DNA of 64,000 nucleotides from Acidimicrobiia bacterium (GTDB taxonomy: Bacteria > Actinomycetota > Acidimicrobiia > Spongiisociales > ZC4RG35): contig CBDBCY010000004.1 of NCBI GenBank assembly GCA_965203555.1, positions 1,856,001 through 1,920,000 on the forward strand. Reading direction: 5' to 3'. Below, piece after piece: positions 61,384 to 64,000 of the stretch. The notes under the pieces are model-generated. The model did no database searches. It was given only the letters and a program-made list of their open reading frames with translations, and had not been told where the DNA came from. Position numbers and translations under genes: made by a program. Position 1 is the first letter of the stretch; each line of letters starts with the position of its first letter.

Positions 61384-62104
61384 CCGCCCCACTGTTCAAC
61401 CCGTGCGGCCACTTCCCAGCTCGACCGTCCTGCTGCTGCGAGACCGCGCCGAAGGCTTGGAGGTGCTGATGGTCCGCAGGTCCCGCTCCACGGTATTCGG
61501 CGGCCTGTTCGTCTTTCCCGGAGGAGTAGTGGACCCCGTGGACCGCAGTTCCCTTGCCGGAGAAGCCACAGTCGGCGCCTCGGGGGAAGAACTCCAATGG
61601 AAAGCAGCCGGATTGAGAGAAACCGCCGAGGAGGTGGGGGTTTACTTGACCAACCGGTCTGTCAACCCACCTGCTCGGCCGCTACGCGGCGCGGATGTCT
61701 ACCGGTGGGTGCTGAGCCAGGGCGCCCGCTTCGATGCCGGACGCCTTCGATACCTGTCCAATTGGATTACTCCCCGGCCATCGCGCCAACGATTTGACGC
61801 CCGCTTCTACATAGCCGCGGTGGAAGGAGACGAGGTGCTTACCTTATCCCACAATGAGCTGACCGAGTCGGTTTGGATCCGGCCCGCCCAAGCCTTGGAC
61901 CGGGTGCGCACCGGCCGGTGGGACATGATCCTACCCACCGAAAAGAACCTCGAACGGCTGCTTGGTTTCTCCAATACCCTACAAGCCTGGGCCTCCATCG
62001 GCGAGACTACCGAGATCGAACCCGTCCTTCCCCGAATGGTCATCCGAGAAGAGGGTTTTGACGCTTTGCTTCCCGGCGACCCGGGTTATGAGGAAGCCCC
62101 TTGA
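61364..62104 (+). CDS. NUDIX hydrolase
   Basis: VFPGG...AAGLRETAEEVG and WITP...RFDARF. Confidence 0.9.
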   Translation: MTSILPSRPTVQPVRPLPSSTVLLLRDRAEGLEVLMVRRSRSTVFGGLFVFPGGVVDPVDRSSLAGEATVGASGEELQWKAAGLRETAEEVGVYLTNRSVNPPARPLRGADVYRWVLSQGARFDAGRLRYLSNWITPRPSRQRFDARFYIAAVEGDEVLTLSHNELTESVWIRPAQALDRVRTGRWDMILPTEKNLERLLGFSNTLQAWASIGETTEIEPVLPRMVIREEGFDALLPGDPGYEEAP

Positions 62105-62883
62105 GAGTTCGCAGAATCCTGGCGCCCAATCCCAGCCTGTTCACCGGACCGGGCACCAATACCTATCTCATCGAAGACGGGGGAGAGGCGGTGATCCTTG
62201 ACCCTGGACCCATCGATCATTCCCATCAACAGGCCATCATCGAGGCGGCCGGGAACCTGTTGGTGCGGACCGTGCTGGTCACCCACACCCATCCCGACCA
62301 TGCCCCACTGGCCAATCCCCTGGCGCGTCTGTTCGAGGTCCCGGCTATGGGCTACGAACCCGGGCCGCAGTTCCAACCCGACCATCGCCTGGGTGAGGGA
62401 GAAATCATCGACGTGGGGAGCACGCGGTTGGAGGCGATCCACACGCCGGGCCACTCCGACGACCATCTTTGCTTCCGCAGCGGTGAGGTGCTGTTCACCG
62501 GAGACCACATCAAGGGAGGGTCTTCGGTTCTGATCACGGATGCCGGTCCGTACATGAAGTCACTGAAAAAGGTTGCCCGCTTGAGACTTGTCCGCCTGTA
62601 CCCCGGCCACGGAGAAAAGATAACCCGTCCGGCCCAGACCATCTCCTGGTACATCGCCCACCGGCAAGAGCGGGAAAGGGAGATACTGGCGGCGGTGACT
62701 ACCGGCTGCAGAACGGTGGGAGAGATTGTGGAGCAGGTGTACCGGGAAATCAACCCGGCGCTTCACGATCTGGCCGCCTATTCAGTGGCCGCCCACCTGA
62801 AGAAGTTGGCCGCCGAATCCACGGTCCGGTTCGATGAAGGGGCCGGGTGGAACGCACCGGTGGGTTTAATGCCACGATCATGA
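62101..62883 (+). CDS. MBL-fold metallohydrolase (LACTB2-like)
   Basis: APNP...GPGTNTY, THTHPDH, TPGH, TGDH and PGHG. Confidence 0.92.
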   Translation: MRVRRILAPNPSLFTGPGTNTYLIEDGGEAVILDPGPIDHSHQQAIIEAAGNLLVRTVLVTHTHPDHAPLANPLARLFEVPAMGYEPGPQFQPDHRLGEGEIIDVGSTRLEAIHTPGHSDDHLCFRSGEVLFTGDHIKGGSSVLITDAGPYMKSLKKVARLRLVRLYPGHGEKITRPAQTISWYIAHRQEREREILAAVTTGCRTVGEIVEQVYREINPALHDLAAYSVAAHLKKLAAESTVRFDEGAGWNAPVGLMPRS

Positions 62884-64000
62884 TCCCCGGCAGGCGGCGG
62901 CCGAAGTTATTGATCGGGATCCTGGGTGTGGCGGTCCTGGCCATGGTGCAAATCCCGCTGGCCGGCGCCCAATCGGACGAGGTGCAAAACGCCCGGGAAC
63001 GAGTGGCCGAATTGGAAGCCCAGCAAAGAGAACTGGCTCTGTTGATTGAGCAGACCTGGGTTGCGCAGGTGTTGGCGGAAGAGGAGTTGGACCTCATCGG
63101 CGAAGAACTGCGCAAGGCAGAGTCGGATCTTTGGCTGGCCGAATCGGCTTTGGAGGACCTGGCGGTGATCCTCTACATGGATGTGGCAACGGGTAAAAAT
63201 GTGAGCCTGTGGCTGGCTGACGGACCGGAGGGGTTCGAAGCGGGAGTGGGTTATCTGGAAGTACTGGGTGTCGAAGAGCAGGCGATCTGGAGTCGCTACC
63301 GGACGGTAACCGACGGTCTGGGCCGCCAGCAGGAACAATATGAGTCTCAGTTGGCCCGGTTGGACCAAATCAGAACTGAACAGGAATCCCTCTTCTCGCA
63401 GTTGCTGGAGGCGCTGGGAGCAGCCCAGCAGGAGCTTGTCCTCCTGGAATCCCTGGGCATTGACTTGGATGAACCCACCACCACGACCACGACCACGACC
63501 ACCACCACCACCACAACCACACCACCCACGACTACAACCACGACCACCACCACCACAACCACACCACCCACGACGACTACATCCACGACCACGACCACCA
63601 CCACCACCACCACACCACCCACGACGACTACATCCACGACCACGACCACGACCACCACCACCACCACAACCACCACCACACCACCCACCACTACAACCAC
63701 CACACCACCCACCACAACCACGACTACACCGCCCACCACCACCCGGCCTGCCGACGGCTACAACTTCGAGGGGGTCTGCCCCGTGGACGAGCCCAACACT
63801 TTCGTGGACACCTGGGGAGCTCCACGATCTGGGGGACGAAGGCACCAAGGGGTGGACATTCTGGCGGCTCGAGGCACACCTGTCAGGGCCATTCACGAGG
63901 GAGTGCTGTTCCGCGTCGACCGAGGTGGCCTCGGAGGCTTGTATATCTGGCTGCGTTCGCCCTGGGGGGACGAGTATTACTTTGCACACCTCGATGGGTT
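62880..64000 (+). CDS. secreted M23 peptidase with coiled coil and Thr-rich linker (3' end outside window)
   Basis: Signal MIPGRRRPKLLIGILG...AGA, then FVDTWGAPRSGGRRHQGVD (HxxxD) and YYFAHL. Absent from the ORF track because no stop falls in the window. Confidence 0.9.
   Translation, partial: MIPGRRRPKLLIGILGVAVLAMVQIPLAGAQSDEVQNARERVAELEAQQRELALLIEQTWVAQVLAEEELDLIGEELRKAESDLWLAESALEDLAVILYMDVATGKNVSLWLADGPEGFEAGVGYLEVLGVEEQAIWSRYRTVTDGLGRQQEQYESQLARLDQIRTEQESLFSQLLEALGAAQQELVLLESLGIDLDEPTTTTTTTTTTTTTTTPPTTTTTTTTTTTTPPTTTTSTTTTTTTTTTPPTTTTSTTTTTTTTTTTTTTTPPTTTTTTPPTTTTTTPPTTTRPADGYNFEGVCPVDEPNTFVDTWGAPRSGGRRHQGVDILAARGTPVRAIHEGVLFRVDRGGLGGLYIWLRSPWGDEYYFAHLDG
63476..63745 (+). repeat. ACN-codon low-complexity tract encoding poly-Thr punctuated by TPPT
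   Basis: About 90 codons of acc/acg/aca/act with recurring acaccaccc. Confidence 0.92.

Noticed and set aside
62907-63989. Gly/Cys-rich and poly-Val minus-strand ORFs
   Set aside because: Antisense translations of the Thr-rich linker of the plus-strand M23 gene.

Overview
This is a GC-rich actinobacterial chromosome segment. WhiB, the SLH-like surface protein, the M23 protein and the leaderless TANNNT promoters point to Acidimicrobiia (inference). Left to right: (1) 1-6.7 kb is a tandem array of paralogous alpha/beta hydrolases (3 intact, 1 cut by the window edge, 1 truncated chimera, 1 short 3' remnant) interleaved with three toxin-antitoxin pairs; (2) a TerB-domain / P-loop ATPase / Lhr-like helicase operon, an AbrB-like remnant and an AAA_14-DUF4143 ATPase; (3) a double-metzincin SLH surface protease; (4) a purine-type catabolic cluster (EamA, ABC transporter, Mo-hydroxylase, two deaminases, two PLP enzymes); (5) tRNA-Pro, CNNM/CBS, receiver, NfeD and WhiB; (6) a 3.1-kb IS5-bounded element with TTA target duplication and a passenger gene; (7) a 14-kb divergent cluster for coenzyme M-dependent epoxide carboxylation (xecA, xecD, xecE-like, xecC) plus the bacterial CoM biosynthesis set, CoA transferase and acyl-CoA ligase, with no alkene monooxygenase in the window; (8) an LLM oxidoreductase, a RusA + REase-HEPN pair, selB-selA, FxsA, NUDIX, MBL and a partial M23 peptidase. 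The strongest candidates for undescribed biology are the orphan CoM/epoxide cluster and the hydrolase/TA cassette-like array. All family assignments come from motif reading and recalled sequences; no searches were run.
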